The notes under the pieces: generated by a model
The model's input: the letters and a program-made list of their open reading frames with translations, nothing else
Told to the model about the DNA's origin: nothing
The model's database searches: none
Assembly (NCBI GenBank): GCA_951406725.2
Contig: OX597814.1
Span: forward strand, 54,498,001 to 54,562,000
Source of the DNA: Octopus vulgaris
Taxonomy: Eukaryota
Direction: 5' to 3'
Length of the DNA: 64,000 nucleotides
In this document: positions 39,289 to 53,280 of the stretch, piece by piece
How the letters are laid out: each line of letters opens with the position of its first letter
How positions within the stretch are numbered: the stretch's first letter is position 1
Translations under genes and position numbers: made by a program

Positions 39289-40134
39289 TAAAGACAAGAG
39301 GAAGAAGTAGTAAGAGACAGAACCTGACATTTCAAATTCATATAATAATACAAAAGAAAAAGCAGCAAATATTTTCATAAACTGAAGACGATTCACTAAA
39401 ACAGACAAAAAAAGAAAAAAAACACTTAAACAGCTGTAAACTTAGAGGACTTTAACAGATGTTAAACAATAGAGTATGAGAGATTAAGTGACATTATATA
39501 AGGTGAATCCAAACCATGGTATTTATAATGTATTGAAACCCAATATACTGATACAAAAGTTGCTACTAAAGAAAATATATACTCTAGGTTCAATAGCACT
39601 CATAATTATTTAGAGCATCTGTTGTTTATGAAATACAAAATAGTAGAAATATTTAAATAGAAAGAATCCTCAAAAGTTTAACTATAACCATTCTTGATTC
39701 TAGTAAAAACCAATTCGAATCAAATATAGTTTAGAGCTGTTTGTATAAACCAAGCTGAATCAAGCTTAGAATTGCAGAGACAGTATTAGCAGAAAGTTAA
39801 ACCAAACACAGCTAACATGTTTGTTACAAGCCTATATAAATAAGATTTATTACAAAACACAAACAATGAAGAAGCTTGTTCCTTCTTATATTTTTCACTA
39901 ACTGTATGAAAATAGAACATTTAGCAATAAATACACCAAAAGGTTAGCTCAGTCTGTAATTATAGATGTGGTCATTTAGAGATAAGCACAAATGATACAT
40001 ATAGAAAAAGATTAGAAAAAAAAATCAACAAGGTATTAGATTAACTGTTAAAAGTTAGTTTCAAAATCAAAACTTGAATAACTAAGTTAAGAATTTCTTT
40101 TGAAAACCACCAATAGTCAGGTATATATATATAT

Positions 40135-40907
40135 ATATATTTGTTAAACAGGACAGTAAACATTAAGGCAAGGCAAACATCTCAAGTTGTATACAATATT
40201 ATTACAGGAAAAAATTCAAAATCTTACACCTGTTTCTGGGATATCCTTCGAGTATGGGATAGTCCATCATCAGAGACAAATAGGGAAAATGAGACTGATA
40301 TATATTAATGAGATGATGACAGAGAAAGGGAGTAAAAGAATAAGGAGATGGAAAGAGAGAAGAAAAAAGAAGCATTAAAAGTTAATAGTTCAACTTTCCG
40401 AAGTTATAGAAACCAGAACATGAGTCCTTAGATGCAATCCTGTGTAGATTCATGAGCGTAAGTCCTTAGGTGCAATCCTGCATTCTGTTATTGAACGCTG
40501 ATATGTTTGGCTCTTTTTTCTTGGGATGTCTACGATATATGGATTTTAACTCACATCTATGCAGGATTGCACCTAAAGACTTATGCTCATAGATCTATGC
40601 AGGATTACACCTAAGGACTCATGCTCTGGTTTCTATAACTTCACTAAGTTGAACTATTAACTTTTATGCTTCTTTTTTACTCCTTACTTTCCATCTCCTT
40701 ATTCTTTTGCTCCTTTTCTCTGCATCATCTCATTAATATATACCATTATCATTTTCCCTATTTGTCTCTGATGACGGAATATCCCATACTTTGGGATATC
40801 CCAGAACCAGGTGTAAGATTAAAAATTTTTTCCAATAATAATATTGTATATGACTTGAGATGTTTCCCTTGCCTTAATGTTTGCTGTCCTGTTTAACAAA
40901 TATATAT
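40135..40907. repeat. ~350-bp inverted repeat, probably tail-to-tail Penelope-like pLTRs
   Basis: Arms at ~40135-40482 and ~40560-40907, moderately diverged. Each arm carries a hammerhead-like motif. Confidence 0.8.
40221..40278 (-). ncRNA. Candidate minimal type I hammerhead ribozyme, canonical core
   Basis: Minus strand reads GUCU-CUGAUGA-UGGACUAUCC-CAUACUCGAA-GGAUAUCCCA-GAAA-CAGGUG-UA-AGAU. GUA triplet, predicted cut between 40225 and 40224. Confidence 0.6.
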
Positions 40908-41049
40908 CCACAACATCAGAAATCTGCAATGGCTCCATAACTAACGTCTCGGCTATAACCTTGGAGCCCTAGTAATCTGTTTCAGCACTTACCTAGTGTA
41001 CCTAATCGTTCAGATCACTTGTGAACTAAACCCCCATACTTTGTGTGTA

Positions 41050-41081
<32 letters not shown>

Positions 41082-41382
41082 GAGAGAGAGCTTCCCAGCA
41101 ACATGGTTTTGGGTTCAGTCACACTGCATGACATCTTGGATAAGTATCTTCTATTAAAGCTTCAGGTTGATCAAAGCTTTGAGAATTGATTTGGTGAATG
41201 GAACTAAAAGAAGTCCATTATATACATGTGTGTGTATGTAGCTCCTTATCATGACATTACCTGATTGCTGTAAATGAGTGTCACTGTCATACAAGCAGTG
41301 TCATTAATTTCAAACATGCTACATAAACATGTCTGGCCATGGGGAAATATTACCTTACTTGGAAATAGGTGAGGGTTGGCAA

Positions 41383-41456
41383 TAGGAAGGACATGTAGCT
41401 GTAGAACTAGGAAGGACATGTAGCTGTAGAACTAGGAAGGACATGTAGCTGTAGAA
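41383..41456. repeat. 25-bp tandem triplication within a SINE
   Basis: TAGGAAGGACATGTAGCTGTAGAAC repeated 3 times. Confidence 0.92.
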
Positions 41457-41917
41457 AATCTGCCTCAATAAACTTCATCTGAACCATATAAGCATGTAAA
41501 AGTGGACATTAAAATGCTGCTACTGATCTATCTATTGATAGATAGATAGATATACATATGTATATATAAACACATATGGTTACCTTATCACTGCTCTTTA
41601 TGTCTTCAAAGCAATTACTATTCATTTCTCCCTCTTTCCTAAATGTGAGTAGCCATGTAGCTCCCCTACAACAAGAACCTGCTCTGCCTCACCCCCTTAT
41701 CTCATACCTTAACCCTCATCAGCATAAAACCCTTCCCCTTGGGCTTCATAGTCTTGCAAGCTGTATGTAACCTTACTAATGCCAGTAGCATGAGAAAAGC
41801 AGCTAAGACATACTGTAAAGTGGTTGGCATGAGGAAGGGCATCCAGCCATAGAAACCATGCCAATCCATGCTAGCATGGAACATGGATGTACAACACATA
41901 TTTAAGTGAATGCTTGT

Positions 41918-42129
41918 TTAACCCTTTTGATACCAACCCAGCTGAAACCACCTCTGGGTCTGTAGTACAAATGTCTTGTTTTCATAAGTTTGGAGTTAAA
42001 ATCTTTCACCAAACCTTAGTCACAATTTATATTAATGATAGCTAAGTCATTTTACTAAATTCTTTGTTATATTTAAAATTAAAAGAAACACAGAGCATCT
42101 CAAAATATATACGGTAACAAAAGGGTTAA
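41918..42129. mobile_element. Second TTAA-flanked MITE family
   Basis: TTAACCCTTTTGATACC...GGTAACAAAAGGGTTAA. A related copy lies at ~24183-24424. Confidence 0.78.
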
Positions 42130-43248
42130 AAATACATACCATTCTGATGAGATCTAATTCTTTCTGAACTACTCATTAAAATATGACTTTTTAAAAATGG
42201 TCCTATGAATTATCTGCTTTAAAATTGCTAGCTTGTCAATAAGATTGCACCTTACTTATTTTGTTACATTTAATCAAACCTCAAAGAATTCCTCTCAACA
42301 CAAGGCTATGATAATCTCCCACTACTCTTGCACATATTGTCAGCCACTAAGGAACATGCTCAAAAAATACAAATTTGCTACAGAGAATAATATGAAAGTT
42401 TTTGTAATCTCCATGACGATGAAAAGAGAGGTTTTAAATTTAAAATATCCCAGTATCAGATGCAATTCTGAGAAAAATCAAGGAAATCTTCATAAGATAC
42501 TATCATATACTTAATGATTAAGTATCTTCTAAAATTCTTCCTGACTGACTGTTTCATAGTATTTTTCTCCAAAGAGGCCAAGTAGCAATAAGCAACATCA
42601 TATAAAGCACACCATGTTCATTAGCTTTATTCAATTTGGTTTACGATTACATGTAATAAAACTATCAGTAAATCTTGAGCTAACACAGTCTTGTAGTAAT
42701 CAAACACTATTAGAATCCACATCCAATTTTATATCTGTAGTATCTTAAATTTCATAGATTTAATACACTAAGAAGCAATATTGCACGATTATTACAGCAG
42801 CAGATGTTGTACAAGTAAAATCTGTAACATGGTTGAGTCTGTGATCCCCATGAGAGGTGGTAGCTTCTTAATGATTCTAATATCACTAGGAAAAGCATAT
42901 ATGCCATTACTTCAGCATCCCCATTTCTCTTAGGTCTTGAATCTAGTGAAGGCAACAGAAAATGGTGTTTGTGTGTGCACATGCACAATTGTGTGTTTTA
43001 TTTTGCATAACACCAAATCTATCTATCTACAATCATAATTTAATGTCCCGTTTTCCCCTCATAGCATGGATTGTACAATTTAATAGGCACCAATAAGCCT
43101 GAGTTCTGTACTGGGATCCAATGAGTGCTTTGGCATAGTTTCAAAAGTTGGATGCCCTTCCTAATACCAACCACTTTCCAGAGTGCACTGGGTACTTTTT
43201 TTTGGCACCATCACTATGTATATGTGTGTGTGTTCTACTTTCCACACC

Positions 43249-43297
<49 letters not shown>

Positions 43298-46200
43298 TCA
43301 TCATCATCATTTAACATCCGCTTTCCATGCTGGCATGGGTTGGACGGTTTAACTGAGGGCTGGCGAGCCAGAAGGCTACACTAGGCTCCAATCTGATCTG
43401 GCAAAGTTTCTACAGCTGGATGCCCTTTCACTCTGAGAGTGTAGTGGGTACTTTTACATGCCACTGGCTCGAGGGCCAATCAGGCAGTACTGGCATTGGC
43501 CATGCTCACACACACACATATATATATATATGTATGTATGTATGTATACATGAATTAACATCTAAATTCTGATTAATTTAAGTATGTTTACTTAATTTAC
43601 TAAAATTATAAATATTAATAATGGTTTCAAATTTTAGCACAAGGCCAGCAATTTTGGGGGAGGAATAAGTCAACTATGTTGACCAAGTTCAACTGGTATT
43701 TATTTTACTGACCCAAAAAAGGATGAAAAGTAAAATTGACCTGAACAGAATTTAAATTCAGGACGTAAAGAGAGACAAAATGTCACTAAGCATTTTGCCT
43801 AGCACCATAACGATTCTGCCAGCTTGCTGCCTTAAATATAATGACGATGATGATGAGCTTGGTAGAGGCCAAATATTGTAAAAACTTTTTAAGTATGAAG
43901 TAGATTATTTATTATATATATATATATATACACATCTCCAAGCACACACACATACATATATAAACATATTAAATGTCACAGGCAGAGAATACTTACATTC
44001 AAGACTGAGTTTCTGTGCAGCAATTCCATAATAGCTGCACTGCAACTCAGAGTCCTGATGGTCAGTGTTCCATACGTCTGTCATTTAATAAATTTAGCCC
44101 TCTGTTTCTAATGATATTGGGGTCTAAATCTTTTGATGTTATACATAATTAAATACATAAAAAAAAGATAGACAGATAGATAGCAGCTGTAATCTTTTGG
44201 AACTGGAAAGCCAGACAGTGAATTATGGTAATTTAGAGGAAGAGATCTGACTGCAAGATAGAGAACCAGCTAAATAGAGTGCACTTATTACAATCAGCAT
44301 TAAATTATGTCTTTGAAAACAATTCAAGAAATGGGAAAAAACAAACAAAACTTTCAGATATCTTTGGTGATGCTTTGTTAAGAAGCAGCCAACTGAATAA
44401 TGGGATAAACAACTGAAAGATGTGACCTTAACAAAAACAAGTCACTGAAAAAAAAAAAATGATTCTAGGCATGCCTTTTGCTCACAACAATAAGGAAAAT
44501 TCTTTTCGTAAATGTTACTACGAAAAGGCAATTAAGCTTACTTACCTTAAATACTCACATCGTTACTATTTAGTTTCATTCTGTTAGTAAAGGGGAAATT
44601 GTCAATCAATTAGTGTTAGCATGATTAAAAAAAATGAAAGAAAAAAAGGTTGGTGGGAAGGGGAGCAAACTGCAAGCAGGCATCTGTGCTCCCTTTGATG
44701 AATGCAATGTAAACTACATCTTGGGATTATAGCTTAAAAGCAATGTTAGTCTTGTCAAGAAAAACCATAAGATTATAAAAACAAATAAAATAAATAAAAA
44801 TAGAATTAGTGAAGGGATTGGTATATGTAGAATGTATACTTAATTTTTTTAAAACCTAAAGAAAGATAACGTAGCCATCATTAGTAAAAATCAAGATAGA
44901 TATGTCATCTAGAATCACAATGAGATATACAAGAAAAGGGAAAATGGTTCAAGTTGAAGCAGTGAGGAAGGTAAACAATGCATGAACAAACAAACAATAT
45001 CATATGACAAAAGAGGTAGGGTGCAGGAATAAGGGACTAATTTGTTATGTCTTTAACTGTTTCACATTCACTTTAATTATACCAATGACACAATGATACC
45101 AATAAGGCACATGGCATTAAGACAACTAACATGAAAAAAAAAAGTTAAAACTCCTATGCTTGAAACAGTTCTACTTGCATTTCTCCATAGCAATAGTAGA
45201 CTTATCCAAAATTGTGAAACTTTCCTAGAAAAAGCTATTTTCCGCTGATTGAAGTGAGGTGTCAACAGCTTGAAACTAGCAAATATCGCCCAAACATGCA
45301 GTAATAAATGAAATGTTAAAGACAAAAAAGCAGTCAGTGCTAAATGTTAGATAGGGAGTATTTTAAGCAGTTAACTCTTTAGCATTCAGAATCTAGCAGC
45401 TTGTGAATTCATTGATGTGATTATTTACTTTTAGAATGATATTGTAGGGTAGGCCAGATCTGGCTGGTTTTTACATAAAATGAGGAGACTATTTGGGCTG
45501 GATATGGTTACTTTAAATTAATGCTAAAGAGTAAATGTAATGGGTAAGTAAGTAAATGTAATAAAAATACCTTCAAAGTTATAAGAGCCATCAAGTCTAG
45601 GGCTTAGCTCTGAAGCAGTTAAGAGGGAAACCTTTCCTTTGACACAACAAGTGTATTACAATTAACTTTCCCAGATAGACCTAGCACTTATTCCAGACAG
45701 CTATGGTGAACTAACGTAAAGTAGAATAAAGTGTTCTGACATGAAACAATATTTCTAGAACATCTGAAATCATATTTTAGGTGCAAATAACCCAAACTTG
45801 GTTCATTTCCATCACAACTTCTATTAAAGAAGGGGATGGAATATGTTAAATTTGGTTAATCTCAGTTCGTTAAGTATAGTTCACCTTACATTGATGAAAG
45901 GAATAGCTGACACAGTATAGCAATTAAAAGTTAAAAAGAATCACTGATTTATAAACAAGAACATTAATTCTTTTAATATCCAGACATGAACAGCAACATG
46001 GATAAATATACAAGAAATCATTGCTTTCCTTTTATCAGATGTCAGAGACAAAGTAATGTTTTAATACTCTGTATAGAGTATTAAAAAAAAAGAGGGGTGA
46101 GAGAGATCAGTATAACTGATACAGCCTAGCAATCTCACTTGCTACACTGCACTAGGGAAACATTTATAGAATTGGTTTGCTTCTGTCTGATCTGGAAATG

Positions 46201-47741
46201 AAGAGACAACCAGAAAAATTTGCAATGCATAGATTTATGCATATGATTTATCAAATGTGGTTTTCAGTGTATTGGTAGAGTGTAATGTTGTATTTCAGTT
46301 GGTAAATTAACATCTTAGTACTGCAGTCTTGTACAGTTATCGTATTTCGTACATTTAACACAATCCAATGTGTAGAAATAAATAAATAACAAGATGGATG
46401 ATGTAATAGAAGTAATGAAACCCAGAATAGAAAACAAAGGAAATAATACAGTATATATTTGCCTTAATCACTCTTTGAGCAGATTGAAGCAGTGGAAGTA
46501 TGCTGGGTCCATAATTCAGAGGTCCATAGAGCAAAACTACATTCTACAAGGAAATCATTCTCATCATCATCAACATTTAACATCCATTGTCTATGCTGGC
46601 AACTTTTTTGAGAAGTGGGCTGCAGGGGGCATTGTTTATCATTAGGTGGGCCTACTAGTAAAAAAAGTCAAGGTTATTTTTCACTGAAGGTGCCATTCAC
46701 AAAGTCTCTTGGTCTGCAGATTGACCATGGCTGATATTGACTATACATTTTGATAGCAATGTGATATTCACATGGTCAATATAACATTATAGATTATGTG
46801 ACTATGATGAAAATACAAGCCATGAGATATAATGATATTAATATAAAGCCTGTGTTACTATATCATTATAGAGTATGCTACTGTCAATATAGGTAGGGTA
46901 TGTGATGCTATAATATTGTAAGCTTGTAAAGTATGGTATTACATTGACACTGATTGTGATAATTGCCAGTGTTAATTAGAAAAAAAACATGTTATGAAGC
47001 TAGGAATATTATGTTGTGTTTGATAAAGCTTGAACAAAGAAAGACACATAGCTGAACTGATGGAAACAGATGTAATACTAAAACAGGACATTTATAAACA
47101 AGATTAAAAATTGAAATTATTATTGTGAGAACTCTACGTATATTACTCCTTTATAGGATCAATAAGGATGAATATTAACAAAATTTACCCACAAATTATC
47201 AGCTGGGACAAAAATATACTAGAAGATTGGTATGATTCAAATATATCCGGATGAATACCAAATTCTCAGTTCTTTAATTTATGTCATAAATAAAACAAAA
47301 TTTTTTTTAAATAATTATTTCCAGTTAGATTTTTGAAGATTCCTGAATAAACAATGTCAATCCTAACTTAACAATTAACATTATTTGTCTAAGGCAAATA
47401 AGGAATATGTTATTCAAAGAATGTTAATAGATCTCATAATCAAATGTCTTTTTTATATCCTGTATGAGAACCAACTATTTCATGATGATCATCATCATTA
47501 TTGTTTTAATGTCCACTTTCCATGCTCACATGAGTTGGATGGAATTAGTTCAGTTGGATTTCGTATGACTAGATGCCCTTCCTGTCACTAACCCTTACCT
47601 GTTTTCAAGTAAGATAATATTTACCCTTGATTAGATTGGTCTTATGGAAAATTGGAAATGAAGGGCACTGCTTACATGACAATGACGACTATCACAAGAT
47701 GCCAAGGCAAGGAGACAGTGGCACACTCACACACAATGGGC

Positions 47742-48969
47742 TTAGGTTGGAAACTAAGTTTTTGTACAACTTTTTTATATAAGTTAATTTATTTATTGAT
47801 TTATATATAAGTAAATGCAATATCTTTTGATTGAATATTTTTATCATTTCAGAGCTTAAGTTTGAAAAATGACCCAGCAAATGACTCACTCTCTCTTGTG
47901 AACAGCTATGTACTTTGTTACTGTATGGTTACAAGTCTGGCCTAAATGCTGGACAATTGTAATGTTGTATCAACTAAGCATTTGGAGAAGACACATCTAG
48001 TTGTTGCACAGCCTACAATTGGTTTAAGAAGTTTCAGTGTGGCCAAATTGATTCCAAGATCAGACAAGAAGTGGTCGACCCTCATTTATTGACAATGACT
48101 GTTTGTGTGCTTGTGTCAAAGCTGATCCACACCTGACGTCACACGAGCTGACCGATAAGTTTGGCATCAGCTATACAACGATTTTGCATCACTTGCAGGA
48201 AAAGGGCAAAGTCAGCAAAATGGAGGTATGGGTTCAACATAAATTGACAGACTTTGACCATCAACACTGCACAGACACCTGCATGACACTACTGTCCAAG
48301 AAGTGTTATTTTGATTGGCTGAACAAAGTAGTTACTGCAGATGAGAAATGATGTCTGTACTCAAACATGACATGCAAAAGAAGCTGGACAGACAAGGGTG
48401 CAACTGCATAACCTCAAGCGAAGGCCGACCTGCATCAAAAGAAGCTTATGGTTTGTGTCTGGCGGGATGTGAAGAGTGTGATTCACTGGAAAATGTTGGA
48501 ATGCAATCAGACCATCAACACTCAAATATACTGTCAACAACTGTAATGGGTGGCAGACATGATTGCACAAAAACGTCCAGAATTGACTGATGTCATGTTG
48601 CTTCATGATAACATCTAACTACACATTGCAAATCTCACCCATGAAAAACTTCTGGAGCTGGAGTGGGATGTTCTCCCTGATCCACCTTACATGCCCGACT
48701 TGGTACCAACAGACTACTACCTATTCTGGGCACTGCAAAACTTCTTGAATGACAAAACATCCACAACTGATGATGAACTGAAAACTGCAGTTGGAAACTT
48801 GCCAACTTCTTCGATAGCAAACCAGTTGAATTTTACAGCAAAGGTATCCATGATATATCCCATTGTTGGGAGAAAGTATTCAAAAATGATGGTGACTATA
48901 TTAATGTTTGATATGTGCTTTTTACTGCATTGTTAAAAAAGTTATGTGAGAACTTTGTTTCCAACCTAA
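47742..48969 (+). mobile_element. Decayed mariner (DD34D-type) element
   Basis: TIRs TTAGGTTGGAAAC/GTTTCCAACCTAA. Motifs WVQHKL (WVPHEL-like), VTADEK, LLHDN and PYMPDLVPTDYYLF. Confidence 0.9.
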
Positions 48970-51666
48970 TATTAATTTCAGTCTACCAAATCCATTCACA
49001 AGGTTTCAGCAAACTTCTTTCCACACAGCCAAACTGATGTCTAATATTTCATGAGTAAAAGATATATATTAAAAAAAAATTTAAAACAAAACAATCAACA
49101 CTTCTCTCAATAACATTATAATCTTTCTAATATACATAGTAATAGTTTGCTTTAAAGATTATCTGAATGGAATAAATCATACATAACAGAAACAGTGATT
49201 TTTAACTTCATTATCACACCTCTAAATATTGTCCAATCAACTGATTACCATAGTATCAGGAGGCAGAAATTTGAATTATCAAAATGATTACAAATTACTC
49301 TTTAGCATACTATTTCAGTTATGGATATGCTGGGATGCTACCTTCAAAATAGCCAGAAGTACAACTTCATACCATGGTAATGATATAATTCTTTCAAATT
49401 TTGGTGCAAATACAGCAATTTTAGGAGGAGGGGGTAGTTGATTACATTGACCCTGTATCTGACTGGTACTTTATTATGCTGACCCCAAAAGAACAAAAGG
49501 TAAAGTTGACCTTGATGGGATTTGAGCACTGTACATAAAGTGCAGGAAGAAATGCTGCAAAGCATTTTGTCTGATGTGCTAATGATTCTGTCAGCTTGCC
49601 ATGATAAAATAAAGGTAAAACATAGGTGCTATTGATTTTAGTTGTTCAGTCGGAGAACATTGAACCATAGAGGACAGGACGATAGAGATATGTTGCAGAC
49701 ATACTGAAGTCATACTAATATCGATGCTGATATGATGCCTACATTGGTGGTCAGTATTGTCCATTCAACTCCCCCCACTCCAAACGCTAAATACTTCTAT
49801 TTATAAGATGTGCTGAACACAAGAGAAGATATAAAATGATATGAGTTAGTTTTTGCTTTAGTTGAGCTATTTCATTTGTTTTGCTATTACCAATGGGAAA
49901 AGCGTAAATGCACAATTCTAATTTTGCACTTCCTTTGAAAAGTTCCCTTTTATTTGTGAAAACCCTTAATTATATCTAAGCAAGATGAAAATATGTTGCT
50001 TGATATTCTGACAAGTTAATTCACCTTGACGTAAACTTCATTTATTAATTTTTATTTAAACTCAGAATTCATGGGGTAACATAGTTTTAATGGTAACAAA
50101 GATTATCTGGCTACAAAGAAAAGGTATAAAATAAACACTTGAAAAATGTTTTAAATAAATGCTGGTATGGAGGTACCTTTTATCTTTCACTTGTCCCAGT
50201 CACTAGACATTTTAGTCAAATGTATCAATTCCAGTATTTATTGTTTTAAAACCTGGCCTTTATTCTATTGGTCTCTTTTACTGAACCACTAAGTTAAGGG
50301 ATGTAAACACATCAGCACCAGTTGTCAAGCGGTGGGAGGGGGACAAACACAGACACAAATATATATATATATATATATATAAGGGGCTTCTTTCAGTTTC
50401 CATCAACCAAATCCACTCACAAAGCTTTGGTCAGCCCAAGGCTATAGAAGATACTTGTCCAAGGTGCCATGCAGCAGGACTGAAACCAGAACTATGTAGT
50501 TAAGAAGCAAGCTTCTTACCACACAGCTATGCCTGCGCCTAAAGAAGTTTGCTTTACAACCTCGTTGTTTTCAGTTCAGTACTAGTTTGCATTGCATCTT
50601 GGTTACATGTCTTCTACCAAAGCCTTGTGAATGATTAATAAACAGAAACTGTGTGGAAGCCAGTTGTGTGTGTGTATGTGCATGCATGCTCAAATGTGTG
50701 CATATTTGTTTTACATGTCTGTTTTGATATCTCTCTTTAAACTGACACAACTTGAAAAACAACAACGATACTTAACACATATACATAAGACAACTAGCAG
50801 CTATTACAATAGCTTCCCACCTATCATACTACAACACAAAGATAACACTGTCAACATTTTCATGCAACTGGCGCATTGAATGCACATATAACAGATTAAA
50901 AGAATTACCTTCATAATAAATAGGTCAAAGTACAAAATTCCAAGAAATAACTATATTTACTGGAAATACCCACAAAGATTTTTAATATGGTGTTGGGCAT
51001 AGGAAAGAAATAGTATTATTACACAACCTGTTTTGATACTGAATATATATTCATGAACTTGTGTGATTTACTTAAAGTTTGGATCAGTGTAAAATATTGC
51101 TAGACTCATAACCACCACCTAAAGAGAATGCGTGCAGCATAACTGAAACACATGCAATCTTTTTAGTTATTGGATTGTAGTCATGCTGGAGCAACACCTC
51201 AAAGGGTTTCTAATCAAACAGATTGATTCCAGTCCTTATTTTTTTAAAGTCTACTACTTGCTCTATCAGCCACTTTTGTCAAATTGCCATGTTACAAGGA
51301 CATGAGAAAACCAACATTGATTGTTAAACAGTGGTGGGACACACACACAGAGTTTCTGTCTACCAAATCTATTCATTAGCCTTTGGTCAGCCTTCTAGTT
51401 TGGAAGCAAATTTCTTACTACACAGCCACACTTGTAGGAGATTGAATTATGTTTAAACAGTAATACACACACACATACATACATAATGGGCTTCTTTCAG
51501 TTTCCATCTAGTAAACCCACTCATAATGCTTTGGATGGCTTGGGACTACAGTATCAACATTTGCCTAAGGCACCACACAGTGAGACTGAACCTGGAACCA
51601 TGTGGTTGGGAAGCAAACTTTTTGCCACAGCCATGCCTTTGTTAATAACAAATGAAAACCCTAGAG

Positions 51667-53280
51667 CAATTGTTTTCAATGTTGGGCCTGGAAAAATGTT
51701 GAGGGTGCCTGAGAAAATTTTGAGAGGGCCTTGGAAATTTTCTGGATTGCAAACAAGCTGTTTTTAGTATTCAATTTGTAGTCTTCACCAGCATTGCTAA
51801 AAGATTTTTCCAAAACATGACAAATGTTTATCTCGAAACGTTACAAATGTAACAAATCTACGAAATGCTCTTTATGAAAGCATTAACTGATACAAAGAAT
51901 GAGACTATATTTGAAGCCATCAAATCTTATTTCAAAGGGAAAGAAATCCCATTATTGAATCTGCTGGAAATTGCTACAGATGGTGCAAATGCAATGACAA
52001 GTAAACACAATGGATTTATAGTGAAACTGACCCCCCCCCCCCGCTGCATCAACCATTGACAACACCTTGCTGCTAAATTACTCAATAGTGAAAAGGAGAG
52101 TACACTCCAATTGGTGATTTCATCTGTCAATTTTGTCAAAGCCAATGCTCTCAACGAAAGGCTATTTTCACAACTCTGAGAAAATGAGGAGCACCAAATG
52201 CTTCTATTATATACCAAAGTTCGATGGCAGTCAAAAGGCGACTATCTTACATGACTTGTACAAATATGGGATACACTTCTGCTTTTCATTGAGAACATGG
52301 ACCTTCAAGCAAGCTGGCAGAAGCAAAAAGAAAAAAGCAAACTTCCTTCTTGAAGCAAAGATATAACATAAAGGCAAGAATTTTCTACCTTCCTGACATT
52401 TTCTTGTAGGTCAATACCTTAAATAAATCGATTCAAGGATGTGGTGCAATGATAGTGGACTGTACAGAGAAGAGATGGTCATTCATAAACAAGCTTGGTT
52501 TATGGGTAATTCAGCTTCAATGGGGCAAAATTTGCCTTTTTCAGTCATCTTGTTAAAACAGAACTATCAGAAGTTGTAATCATCAGTTGTGTCAGCCATT
52601 TGAAGAGCTTGCAAATGGATATAAGAAGACGCTTCCAAGATATACTCAACTTGAAGCCACCAAAGTGGCTTTTTGACCTTCATCATTATGATGTTATTAG
52701 CAAGCAAGATTTTAATTCCAGCTTGCAGCCAATCATCCTGATCTTAAGGAAGAATGCAATTTTAATGATGAGGTTGGATAGAGAAGGTCTTTGTGGTTGG
52801 CTGCATGTAAAAACAACATTTCCAACACTTTTTCATGAAGCAATCCTCTGCTTTGCAACATCCTGGTTAGTTGAAGCTGGATTTTCCACAGTGAGTGACA
52901 TTTTCACAAAAAAATGTAATGCTCTTCAAATCGTGAAAATAGGAGATTTGCATCTCAAGTTGAACCAATCCTTTGATAATAACCTAACTGCAAAACACTA
53001 ACTGCAAAGTGGCCATTAAGTTGCTTCTTCATTTCTTGTAAATAAAAATGTAAATATAATTTTCTTCTATTTTTAGATTTTTTTTTTTTTGCTTGCAGGT
53101 TCCATAAACAAGATATTAAAACACTGATGTAGTATTTATTTAATGATTGTGATTGTACAATTACTACTTTATGGGGTTTATATTCTGGAAGAAGTTCAGA
53201 TAACTGGTTTAGAGGTCAGTGGGCCTGGGATTTTTTGATCATAAAAAGTGGGCCTGAAGGTGAAAAAGGTTGAGAACCAC
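51667..53280 (+). mobile_element. Decayed hAT (Charlie/Buster) transposon
   Basis: EIATDGANAM, LLLYTKVRW and FATSWLVEAGFS fragments, with right end AAGGTTGAGAACCAC. Confidence 0.82.

Noticed and set aside
41383-41456. 25-bp repeat x3 as a possible CRISPR array
   Set aside because: No spacers, eukaryotic context, simple tandem duplication inside a SINE.
48767-48795. CTGATGA...GAAA motif
   Set aside because: Lies in mariner transposase coding sequence and has no stem I or stem II pairing.
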